Below, one piece after another: positions 10,013 through 18,508 of a stretch of DNA of 26,005 nucleotides. A program made the position numbers and the translations under genes. The stretch is from a virus. Taxonomy: Duplodnaviria > Heunggongvirae > Uroviricota > Caudoviricetes. The stretch is taken from IMG/VR virus record IMGVR_UViG_2703718840_000008; one strand, written 5' to 3'. A model generated the notes under the pieces. That model saw only the letters and a program-made list of their open reading frames with translations, did not search any database and had not been told where the DNA came from. Each line of letters opens with the position of its first letter. Positions within the stretch are counted from its first letter, which is position 1.

Positions 10013-11779
10013 ATGAACACCACACTGACACCCGCAGATCTCGATCCCCGTCGGCAGGCCATGCTGCTGTACTTTCAGGGATACCGCGTAGCCCGCATTG
10101 CTGAAATGCTGGGCGAGAAAGTTGCAACCGTTCACAGCTGGAAAAAACGCGACAAGTGGGGTGACTATGGGCCGCTGGACCAGATGCAGCTCACCACCGC
10201 CGCACGCTACTGCCAGCTCATCATGAAGGAGCACAAAGAAGGGAAAGATTTCAAAGAGATTGACCTGCTGGCGCGCCAGTCTGAGCGCCACGCGCGGATC
10301 GGCAAGTTTAACAATGGCGGCAACGAAGCCGACTTAAACCCTAACGTCGCCAACCGCAATAAAGGCCCACGCCGTCAGCCGGAAAAGAATGTTTTCACCG
10401 ATGAGCAGATTGAGAAGCTGGAAGAAATCTTCCATTCCTCCATGTTCAACTACCAGCGCCACTGGTGGGAAGCCGGAAAAACCAACCGCATCCGCAACCT
10501 GCTGAAGTCTCGCCAGATCGGCGCGACCTTCTATTTTGCCCGTGAAGCCCTGATTGACGCCCTGCTTACCGGACGCAACCAGATTTTCCTTTCTGCCAGT
10601 AAGGCTCAGGCCCACGTCTTTAAACAATACATCATCGACTTCGCCAAAGAAGTGGAGGTGGAGCTGAAAGGCGATCCGATGGTGCTTCCTAACGGGGCCA
10701 CGCTTTACTTCCTCGGCACCAATGCCCGCACGGCCCAGAGTTACCACGGCAACCTGTATCTGGATGAATATTTCTGGATACCGAAATTCCAGGAGCTGCG
10801 CAAAGTGGCTTCCGGTATGGCTATTCACAAAAAATGGCGACAAACCTATTTTTCCACGCCATCCAGCCTGACACACAGTGCTTATCCGTTCTGGTCCGGT
10901 GCGCTGTTCAACCGTGGGCGCAACAAAGCTGACAAGGTGGACATCGACCTGTCCCACAGCAATCTGGCCCCCGGCCTGCTGTGCGCAGACGGGCAATACC
11001 GCCAGATAGTCACCGTGGAAGATGCGGTGCGCGGCGGCTGTAACCTGTTCGACCTCGACCAGTTGCGCATGGAGTACAGCCCGGACGAATACCAGAACCT
11101 GCTGATGTGTGAGTTCGTGGACGATCTCGCGTCCGTGTTCCCGCTCAGCGAGCTGCAGGCGTGCATGGTGGACAGTTGGGAAGTCTGGACCGACTTTCAT
11201 GCACTGGCGCTGCGCCCGTTTGGCTGGCGCGAAGTGTGGATCGGTTATGACCCGGCAAAAGGTACGCAGAACGGCGACAGTGCCGGATGCGTGGTGGTGG
11301 CTCCGCCAGCCGTGCCGGGTGGTAAGTTCCGCATTCTTGAGCGTCACCAGTGGCGCGGGATGGACTTCCGCGCCCAGGCTGACGCCATCAAAAAACTCAC
11401 CGAACAGTACAACGTTACGTATATCGGTATCGACTCGACCGGCGTTGGTCACGGGGTTTATGAGAACGTGAAAGCGTTCTTTCCTGCCGTCCGGGAGTTT
11501 GTCTATAACCCCAATGTTAAAAATGCCTTGGTACTCAAGGCCTACGACATTATCAGCCACCGCCGTCTGGAGTTTGACGCCGGACACACTGACATTGCGC
11601 AGTCATTCATGGCAATCCGTCGCGCAACCACCGCCAGCGGCAACCGCCCGACCTATGAAGCCAGCCGCAGCGAAGAAGCCAGCCACGCCGATCTGGCCTG
11701 GGCAACAATGCACGCACTGTTTAACGAACCGCTGCAGGGCGAATCCGCCAATACCAGCAATATTGTGGAGATTTTTTGA
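10013..11779 (+). CDS. P: Terminase large (ATPase) subunit gpP
   Basis: 588-aa ORF; length and position match P2 gpP (about 590 aa); stop overlaps the Q start (TGATG). Confidence 0.9.
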   Translation: MNTTLTPADLDPRRQAMLLYFQGYRVARIAEMLGEKVATVHSWKKRDKWGDYGPLDQMQLTTAARYCQLIMKEHKEGKDFKEIDLLARQSERHARIGKFNNGGNEADLNPNVANRNKGPRRQPEKNVFTDEQIEKLEEIFHSSMFNYQRHWWEAGKTNRIRNLLKSRQIGATFYFAREALIDALLTGRNQIFLSASKAQAHVFKQYIIDFAKEVEVELKGDPMVLPNGATLYFLGTNARTAQSYHGNLYLDEYFWIPKFQELRKVASGMAIHKKWRQTYFSTPSSLTHSAYPFWSGALFNRGRNKADKVDIDLSHSNLAPGLLCADGQYRQIVTVEDAVRGGCNLFDLDQLRMEYSPDEYQNLLMCEFVDDLASVFPLSELQACMVDSWEVWTDFHALALRPFGWREVWIGYDPAKGTQNGDSAGCVVVAPPAVPGGKFRILERHQWRGMDFRAQADAIKKLTEQYNVTYIGIDSTGVGHGVYENVKAFFPAVREFVYNPNVKNALVLKAYDIISHRRLEFDAGHTDIAQSFMAIRRATTASGNRPTYEASRSEEASHADLAWATMHALFNEPLQGESANTSNIVEIF

Positions 11780-12807
11780 TGGGTAAGAGTGAGAAGAACC
11801 GCGCTGCGGCGACGAAACAGATCCAGCTTAAAAGCCAGACTACAGCCGAAGCATTCAGCTTCGGCGATCCCGTTCCTGTTCTGGACCGCCGAGAACTGCT
11901 GGACTATGTGGAATGCGTACAGATGGACCGTTGGTATGAGCCGCCCGTCAGCTTTGACGGACTGGCGCGCACCTTCCGCGCTGCCGTGCATCACAGTTCC
12001 CCGATTGCAGTAAAGTGCAACATTCTGACCAGTACCTATATCCCTCATCCGCTGCTCAGCCAGCAGGCTTTTTCGCGTTTTGTGCAGGACTATCTGGTAT
12101 TTGGTAACGCCTACCTGGAGAAACGCACGAACCGATTCGGTGAAGTTATCGCCCTTGAGCCTGCGCTGGCAAAATACACCCGACGCGGGTTAGACCTGGA
12201 TACCTACTGGTTTGTGCAATACGGTATGACAACCCAGCCGTATCAGTTCACGAAAGGCAGCATTTTTCATCTGATGGAACCGGACATCAACCAGGAGATC
12301 TACGGCCTGCCCGGTTATCTTTCTGCCATTCCGTCAGCCCTGCTCAACGAGTCCGCCACGCTGTTCCGCCGCAAGTATTACATTAACGGTAGCCATGCAG
12401 GCTTCATCATGTATATGACCGATGCCGCGCAGAACCAGGAAGATGTGAACAACCTCCGCAACGCAATGAAAAGCGCCAAAGGCCCTGGCAACTTCCGCAA
12501 TCTGTTTATGTACTCGCCTAACGGCAAAAAGGACGGACTTCAGATCATCCCGTTGTCAGAAGTCGCAGCGAAAGATGAATTTCTTAACATCAAGAACGTG
12601 AGTCGTGATGACATGATGGCCGCGCATCGTGTTCCGCCACAGATGATGGGGATTATGCCGAATAATGTTGGGGGTTTTGGGGATGTGGAGAAGGCTAGTA
12701 AGGTTTTTGTGATAAATGAATTAATTCCTTTGCAAAAACGATTTATGGAAATAAACGCATGGCTCGGGGAGAAACTTATAGAATTTTCTCCATATGAGCT
12801 TAACTAA
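11779..12807 (+). CDS. Q: Portal protein gpQ
   Basis: 342-aa product from the ATG at 11779 (track ORF begins at a TTG 3 nt upstream); matches P2 gpQ in size (about 344 aa) and position. The last ~40 codons are markedly AT-rich. Confidence 0.88.
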   Translation: MGKSEKNRAAATKQIQLKSQTTAEAFSFGDPVPVLDRRELLDYVECVQMDRWYEPPVSFDGLARTFRAAVHHSSPIAVKCNILTSTYIPHPLLSQQAFSRFVQDYLVFGNAYLEKRTNRFGEVIALEPALAKYTRRGLDLDTYWFVQYGMTTQPYQFTKGSIFHLMEPDINQEIYGLPGYLSAIPSALLNESATLFRRKYYINGSHAGFIMYMTDAAQNQEDVNNLRNAMKSAKGPGNFRNLFMYSPNGKKDGLQIIPLSEVAAKDEFLNIKNVSRDDMMAAHRVPPQMMGIMPNNVGGFGDVEKASKVFVINELIPLQKRFMEINAWLGEKLIEFSPYELN

Positions 12808-12815
12808 AATATTAG

Positions 12816-12845
12816 TTGCCAGTACCGTATTGTTGCTACTGGCAA
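12816..12845. terminator. Hairpin between convergent Q and the RloC-like gene (possible bidirectional terminator)
   Basis: 9-bp inverted repeat ttgccagta (12816-12824) / tactggcaa (12837-12845) with 12-nt loop; no strong T-run, so weak. Confidence 0.3.
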
Positions 12846-12856
12846 TTGCAATAAAA

Positions 12857-15193
12857 TTACAAATATGTATTGCTATGTAGAGATGTGTTTATTCCATCTT
12901 CTATCTCAATTTTTGACGAAGCATACTCATCATTCGCACTATCATCAATATCAAACTCATCTTGTAGATGAAGTGACTCATTTAACGGTTTATAAAACTC
13001 ACCCATCATCATTTTGTAATGGGCAGTATGCTCACTACACTCAAATATCTTCTGAAAAACAATTAAATATTTTTGCACAGACTCCGTATCTAAATTCATA
13101 TAAAGATCATCACCTGCAAAATGAGAACCATCATTAATCCATGACACTAAAGATTTAAATATGATTTTTTCATCACCATAAAAATGACACTCAAGCTTCC
13201 TAATATCCATCCCTCCTAATATCTTAAAGTAATTCTCCAAAATCCTTCGCATTGTATTTTGTATAGTATTATTATTAATATCTGTTCTTCTCAATTCGCA
13301 CCAGAGCAAATCATAAGACGTTTTTATTGGGTTTGATTCGCACTTTTCAAGATATGAGACCTTCCCTTTTTTCCTTACAATCCAAAAAGTCTCCTCTTTC
13401 ATTGCTTGATTACCGGATCTTTTAGTATTAAAAGTCAACTCTTTATGAAAATAAATATTATGCGTAAGGAATATAATTTGCTTAATATTTCCTTCATCCT
13501 TACGAACATCCTCCATTAAATCTTTAATCAACGAACTTACAATAAACAGAATATCACTATCTAAACTTGAAATTGGATCATCAAATACTACAACACGATC
13601 ATCTAAAACACCTGATGCATTATCACTCCCTCTAACAAGACTATAAAAATACAAAAAAGTGATAAATGTCTTTTCTCCCTCGCTAAGAGTTGTACGAGCA
13701 TTATCTCCACTATCTCTCACTATCATATAATGCTTTTTATCTTCGGAGGGTTTTAAGTAAAAATTTTTGAAGCCATAAGAATCCAGAATCTTGTTAATTT
13801 TTGTAATAGTTGGAAGAGTACTGGTTTTATTAGACTCAATTGCCTCAATAGCCGAAGCATTTAACATTAACTTCTTTTTGTCTTCCTCTAACCCAGATTT
13901 AAGTCCTTGTAACCTCCTACTAAATTTATCAGATTCGCTACGGTAAGAAGTTATTTCAGACTTTAACTCCACCTTTACGATATATGCCCATATCTGATTA
14001 GAAAGATTACTAACCTCTACCTTTCTATTACTGTGTATTTTGTTATTATTATCTATCAATAGATTTGAATCATTCAAAAAAGAAATAAAATCATCAACAA
14101 CTTCACTTAAGTCACTAAAATGAACTGATTCACTTAAAAAATTGCGTTTGTTTTTTGCTAATTCAAAATTCTTGTTTAATTCAGATAATACTATCTTAGC
14201 CTTATCCTCAAATACTTCATAATTTATGAATGGAGATTTAATCGCCCTTATATCATCTATCGCCTGCAAGATATTATTAAGTTGATGTTCATATTGTAAA
14301 ACCAATGCATCGATTTCTCTTTTTTTTAACTCATATGTTTTATCAAAATATGATGATAGATTATCAAATATATTATCATTTACATCCTGCTGGCAGAATG
14401 GGCACTTGGGATTAGATTTACTGAAATATGTTAAACCTTCCTTAACCCAATCACTGTTATTGAGCATTGTAATTAAGTCTGAAACACTAACGTCTTTTTT
14501 CCCTAGAATACGCTCACTCCAAATCTCCCTACTCAAAATATCATCTATCCCATTGAAGGATGGAATTGTAATTGATACATGTGATGTCAATTCAGTAGAA
14601 AAAACAATTTTTGCTTTCTCAATTAGCTCTGCTATTGAGCAAACTTCTGATGTGTTATTTTCATACTCAGCCAACACTCTAGCTTTAAATTTTTCACTAC
14701 TATTCCTTAATCCCTCAAAAGCCTTTGAGAACACATTATCATGTTTTATTTTTTGCTTCCAACATGAATCTTTAAAAGATTTTTCATGGTCTTCGATTTG
14801 TTTAACAACGCCTAATATATTATCACCACCATCTATTAGCTTTTCCTTTGCTATAATAGATTCTATTAGCTTATTTTTTTCTTCTTCAAGAGATATTAGT
14901 TTCTCTTCATCCTCCTTAAGATCGCTACCAAGGGTAAATACACCTTTAATTTTATCTTGACTAAAATTTCTTTCAACAAAATCTTTATTATATACGTAGC
15001 TTATTAAAGATATATTATTTTTCCATTTAATCGGACATGTTGGATATTGTTCAGGGTCATTAATAATTTTACTTATAGTTGTTTTACCTGCACCATTAGC
15101 TCCATATAAATAGTTAAATTTAGAAAGCCCATGTAAAAGCTGAGTAGGGCCATTATATGAGCCTACTTTGTCAATAACTACCTCTTCAATCAT
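12857..15193 (-). CDS. RloC/PrrC-like ABC-type ATPase (AAA_13-like) with Rad50-type CxxC zinc hook; candidate anticodon nuclease / abortive-infection protein
   Basis: 778-aa ORF, ~30% GC. N-terminal Walker A GANGAGKTT; long predicted coiled-coil region containing CPFC; ABC signature-like LSEGEK; Walker B VVVFDDPISSLD; H-loop-like FLTHN; C-terminal ~200 aa with an RRILE (R-x3-E) motif and downstream His residues, reminiscent of the PrrC/RloC nuclease triad. GAGGA RBS upstream. Confidence 0.6.
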   Translation of the reverse strand: MIEEVVIDKVGSYNGPTQLLHGLSKFNYLYGANGAGKTTISKIINDPEQYPTCPIKWKNNISLISYVYNKDFVERNFSQDKIKGVFTLGSDLKEDEEKLISLEEEKNKLIESIIAKEKLIDGGDNILGVVKQIEDHEKSFKDSCWKQKIKHDNVFSKAFEGLRNSSEKFKARVLAEYENNTSEVCSIAELIEKAKIVFSTELTSHVSITIPSFNGIDDILSREIWSERILGKKDVSVSDLITMLNNSDWVKEGLTYFSKSNPKCPFCQQDVNDNIFDNLSSYFDKTYELKKREIDALVLQYEHQLNNILQAIDDIRAIKSPFINYEVFEDKAKIVLSELNKNFELAKNKRNFLSESVHFSDLSEVVDDFISFLNDSNLLIDNNNKIHSNRKVEVSNLSNQIWAYIVKVELKSEITSYRSESDKFSRRLQGLKSGLEEDKKKLMLNASAIEAIESNKTSTLPTITKINKILDSYGFKNFYLKPSEDKKHYMIVRDSGDNARTTLSEGEKTFITFLYFYSLVRGSDNASGVLDDRVVVFDDPISSLDSDILFIVSSLIKDLMEDVRKDEGNIKQIIFLTHNIYFHKELTFNTKRSGNQAMKEETFWIVRKKGKVSYLEKCESNPIKTSYDLLWCELRRTDINNNTIQNTMRRILENYFKILGGMDIRKLECHFYGDEKIIFKSLVSWINDGSHFAGDDLYMNLDTESVQKYLIVFQKIFECSEHTAHYKMMMGEFYKPLNESLHLQDEFDIDDSANDEYASSKIEIEDGINTSLHSNTYL

Positions 15194-15326
15194 CCTCTAA
15201 TCCTCAAAAAACAGATTAATCCTATCAAATCAATGATAATAGAAGACATTACTTACCTAATTACAAGGTGATCATTTATACAGCTGTGAATAAATCAGGC
15301 TAATCATCTATTTGTCATAACGCGCG

Positions 15327-15345
15327 CTCGTATCCCCGCCACGCC
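15327..15345. other. Candidate cos site (cohesive-end sequence) of the P2/186-like phage
   Basis: Reverse complement reads GGCGTGGCGGGGATACGAG followed by CGCGCG, matching the conserved GGCG(A/T)GGCGGGGA start of the P2 and 186 cohesive ends as I recall them; lies in a GC-normal island between two AT-rich cargo cassettes, oriented toward Q. Confidence 0.5.
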
Positions 15346-15897
15346 TGCCCGCTTTATGCAGTGATTTTCATGCACCTGCATGACATAAGCGAAAGCCCGC
15401 CAGTTCTGGGGGGCCTCAGCAAAAACGATCCTCAAACGATCATGCAATTTCATGCAGCATAGTCATGCACAGCCAAGAGAAGTGAAAATCCGTATCTGAA
15501 TGACCACTTAAAAAACGAAATATACGGGTTTACAAACATGGAGGTTCACTGTGAGCGAAGAGCGGAAGTTGCCTTAATTAGGTTACATGGGGGACAAATG
15601 TTACTAGCATGATTATGCGGGATACTTACAATACCACGCCTTAATTGCTTTGTTATCCCACCAGAAAGTCATGGAGCCGCAACTGATAAGAAAATTGTTG
15701 TAAAAGTGCCAGTTGGTTACTCTGAATTTCTGCTTAGCCAGGAGAGTGCCTGCGTTGTCAGCGAATGCGTAAGTTGATCCTTCAATGCAGAAATAGTTCA
15801 ATTTATTAAACAACACTCCTGGCGGGATTAACGCCGCATCTATAATGCGTGAGAGTGTGCATGCGCAATTTCAGCAAAAAAATTGAAAATAGCGCTA

Positions 15898-16869
15898 CTA
15901 ACTTCCCTTTATTTTTAGTTCGTTAAAAATATCTTCGATTACCAATCCATTTTTAATTAAATGCTGCACAATATTTTCATATTCTTTGAAATTGTCAATA
16001 TGCAAGCCATGATCTTTTTCTTTAGCAATTCTCGTGATCACATGTACGCTATCTATATAATCAATCTTATTTTTAAGAGCATTGAGCAAACTTATACTTG
16101 GATTTAAAGTTGAGATTAGTTTACCAAACTCGGTTTGTAACTCTTTGGATTGATGAGTATTAATATAATCTTCAATAAAAGCATCAAAATCTCCTTGCAA
16201 CTCAACTTTAAGGTTTGCTATATCCTTCATAATATTTTCTAACTCAGAAGAGTATGGCCGACCATGTTTAAAATCGAATAAAAAAAGATTTGCTTTCTCA
16301 ATACATTCGCAAATATAAAAAACTGTATAAAGGGAATATTTTTGCTTAACTTTTAATTTTCCATAGGCGTAGTGAACCAAAAGATGCTTAGCATTAATAA
16401 CATTTTTATTTTTTGAAAGTTGATTGTTAGTTGCAGGCGGATAAATTACCACATCAACATTATCTAAATTTTGAAAAGTTTTTAAAATAAGAGCCTCAAC
16501 CTTATTCCAATCGAGGCCCCCATTACCACAGCCTAAAGGTGGTATTGATATTGATGTAATTTTTTTTTCATCTATAATTTTTGCTAAAGATTCAAGGCCT
16601 TGCGAGATAAAATCATATGTTGATTTTTTTCTCCAACTATCTTTAGTGGGAAAGTTTACAATTATTTTTCCCTTTTCCTCTACAATTAAAACCTGTCCAA
16701 TTTTCATTGTACCAGTGGCGCATGCTCTCTTATAAACTTCGAAATTATAGGGAAAAGTTTCTTTAAAAGCCAAAGCAATACCCTTTCCCATGACTCCTTG
16801 GCAGTTTACAGCATTCACAAGAGCTTGCGATGTAGAGTTTAGAAGATTTCCGCTTGCATACTTAATCAT
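15898..16869 (-). CDS. darG: DarG-like antitoxin (N-terminal macrodomain, ADP-ribosyl hydrolase)
   Basis: 323-aa ORF; N-terminal ~150 aa show macrodomain hallmarks (GNLL, ALVNAVNC, GVMGKGIALAF, IPPLGCGNGGL); starts 4 nt after the darT stop, giving the toxin-then-antitoxin operon order. Confidence 0.75.
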   Translation of the reverse strand: MIKYASGNLLNSTSQALVNAVNCQGVMGKGIALAFKETFPYNFEVYKRACATGTMKIGQVLIVEEKGKIIVNFPTKDSWRKKSTYDFISQGLESLAKIIDEKKITSISIPPLGCGNGGLDWNKVEALILKTFQNLDNVDVVIYPPATNNQLSKNKNVINAKHLLVHYAYGKLKVKQKYSLYTVFYICECIEKANLFLFDFKHGRPYSSELENIMKDIANLKVELQGDFDAFIEDYINTHQSKELQTEFGKLISTLNPSISLLNALKNKIDYIDSVHVITRIAKEKDHGLHIDNFKEYENIVQHLIKNGLVIEDIFNELKIKGS

Positions 16870-16873
16870 AGAA

Positions 16874-17455
16874 TTAGAACATATAAGTGTTGATCGTTAT
16901 CAATATACTTAATCCTTGTTGTTTTATCAACCCTTCAACATATTTTTTTTCGTTATCATTTTTGACAAAGATGCAATGGAAATTTTTCGGCTCGACCGTT
17001 ACACTTGATAAACACTCAGCCATACATACAGATTTGCATTCTGCATTTTTATAATCCCTTATATTCATTAGCTCCCAGTCAATTTGGGCCATTCCTTGTT
17101 CATAATCTAAGAGGTCTATAACAGAACTGGTGGATAATGGATGTTTAGGTATAACTTTCCAACCATTTTCTTTGGCAAATGCCCGACAAACCGAAATAAT
17201 ACAAAATGATTTTTCCTTATGATCTTTCAGGACTCTTCCATCAAATGGATTCTTAGTAAAGAAATGAAAAGGAACCATTGTTTGCAAATTTAATGCTTCG
17301 CGACCTGTTATTATTTCACCGTCGGCCACATCAACAAACTCACCTTTTACTGATGCACGAGATCTTAATCCTGTGTCTAAAATACTAGGTAGATTATCCA
17401 TACATGTTAAATGATAGAGAAGATACTGATCTTCAATTCTTTTCCTTTCGCTCAT
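16874..17455 (-). CDS. darT: DarT-like toxin (DUF4433 ssDNA ADP-ribosyltransferase)
   Basis: 193-aa ORF with YLLYHLTCMDNLPSIL N-terminal motif, MVPFHFF, and a glutamate in CMAECL, matching the DarT family pattern as I recall it; AGGA-type RBS upstream. Confidence 0.72.
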   Translation of the reverse strand: MSERKRIEDQYLLYHLTCMDNLPSILDTGLRSRASVKGEFVDVADGEIITGREALNLQTMVPFHFFTKNPFDGRVLKDHKEKSFCIISVCRAFAKENGWKVIPKHPLSTSSVIDLLDYEQGMAQIDWELMNIRDYKNAECKSVCMAECLSSVTVEPKNFHCIFVKNDNEKKYVEGLIKQQGLSILITINTYMF

Positions 17456-17922
17456 TTCAACTCATCCTTTCAAATTCGTAAGTCTATTTATAGAACCAAA
17501 CCTCACTGACAGTCAAGGTTTTTAAGATTATTCACATTGCCTTCTGCCTGTCGATCTAATTATTTTCGATTTTTTGGGTATGATTTGGCATTATTGATAT
17601 ACAAGGTAAAACAATTTTTCAGTAGTTTACTGACGCTGAGTGATTACGATTGCTAGCTTGGGAAGGCAATGGCCATAGTGCATGTGCTGAACAAAATGAA
17701 AAAGGCAGGGACATTCTGGTCTTCCCCATGAGTATGGATTTTCATTGCATCGATGGGTATGAGCAACGTCCCCTTGATTAAGGATAGCGTTGCATCGTCC
17801 CGTTGAACTCACAACACAAATCGTACAATCACTTATCAAAATGGCCGCCCACCTTACGCCTCGTTTCACTCGCTACCCAAACTAGCCCCCATCAGAATGA
17901 ATCCTCCTGGGGGCAACGTTTC

Positions 17923-18156
17923 TTAATGCAGCCAGCTGTCGTCTTCCCACACCTTCTGCATAATTTTCATCACTTGTTTTCTTTCTTCATCCAGTTGCAG
18001 TCCGGTCAGTTCCACACCGTTAGAGCTACCTTTACGGATACGAATTACCGTTTTGGGATATAGGGGGCGCAGATTGCGGTAAAGCTCGGATTCAAGGGCG
18101 TCCAGGGTAGACTGGCTAATCTTCTGCTCTTTATCGATCATTATTTCAATGCGCAT
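17923..18156 (-). CDS. DinI-like protein (equivalent to the C-terminal domain of 186 antirepressor Tum)
   Basis: 77-aa product from the ATG at 18156 (MRIEIMIDKEQKIS...ESELYRNL...KIMQKVWEDDSW) resembling DinI; GAGGTG RBS overlaps the stop of the upstream ORF. The 101-aa track ORF is an upstream extension. Confidence 0.7.
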   Translation of the reverse strand: MRIEIMIDKEQKISQSTLDALESELYRNLRPLYPKTVIRIRKGSSNGVELTGLQLDEERKQVMKIMQKVWEDDSWLH

Positions 18157-18166
18157 AAAAGTCACC

Positions 18167-18355
18167 TCAACTGATGACATCCATTGAGCGGTTGTATTCG
18201 TGGGTTCTGATTTTTGCCATGAGTTCATCTGTCAGTTCAGAAACCCACTGCAGGGCCAGCCCCTTCTCTTCATCACTACACTCACTAGCCGCTACAAGCT
18301 TAAGAAAAAAATCAATGCGCTGGAGCTTCAAAGACTCCAAAAAATAGTCCTGCAT
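18167..18355 (-). CDS. Small protein, possible N-terminal part of a Tum-like antirepressor (SOS-controlled)
   Basis: 62-aa ORF from the ATG at 18355 preceded by AGGAGG; translationally coupled to the dinI-like ORF; a LexA box lies 45-60 bp upstream. Confidence 0.5.
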   Translation of the reverse strand: MQDYFLESLKLQRIDFFLKLVAASECSDEEKGLALQWVSELTDELMAKIRTHEYNRSMDVIS

Positions 18356-18398
18356 TTTTCCTCCTATGACACCACAAGCAATACTGTAAATATAACCA

Positions 18399-18414
18399 CT
18401 GTTTATATTTACAG
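18399..18414. promoter_or_regulatory. LexA (SOS) box upstream of the tum-like operon
   Basis: cACTGTttatatttACAGta matches the CTGT-N8-ACAG consensus with flanking A/T; a second half-site-like CTGT lies at 18384-18387. Confidence 0.7.
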
Positions 18415-18508
18415 TATATAATAATCTTACTGATGTAAAACGTTTTTTTACGTTCATCAGCCTGATATGCCTGGTATTATTAAGAGCACGAATTGTTAAC
18501 CCGCGTAA

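Noticed and set aside
10334-11587. 417-aa ORF on the - strand
   Set aside because: Entirely antisense to the well-supported terminase large subunit gene P; no independent coding signal.
14406-14960. 184-aa ORF on the + strand inside the RloC-like gene
   Set aside because: Antisense to the ATPase gene; Ser/Ile/Leu/Phe-rich low-complexity product expected from the reverse frame of AT-rich coding DNA.
12857-15193. Alternative identity of the 778-aa ATPase as a P2 Old-type (ATPase plus Toprim) or SMC/Lamassu-type protein
   Set aside because: No Toprim-like acidic motifs seen in the C-terminus; the central CxxC hook and the R-x3-E motif fit RloC/PrrC better. This remains a hypothesis until profile-searched.
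15613-15816. 67-aa ORF in the cos-containing island
   Set aside because: No convincing RBS, no recognisable features; region more plausibly non-coding packaging/cos sequence.
15194-15897. Possible retron-like or other structured ncRNA in the ~700-bp gap between the two cargo cassettes
   Set aside because: No reverse transcriptase gene nearby and no convincing long inverted repeats; the segment is better explained as cos plus promoter sequence.
17627-17869. 80-aa Cys/His-rich ORF between darT and the dinI-like gene
   Set aside because: No RBS, odd composition, lies in the likely promoter/terminator region; probably spurious.
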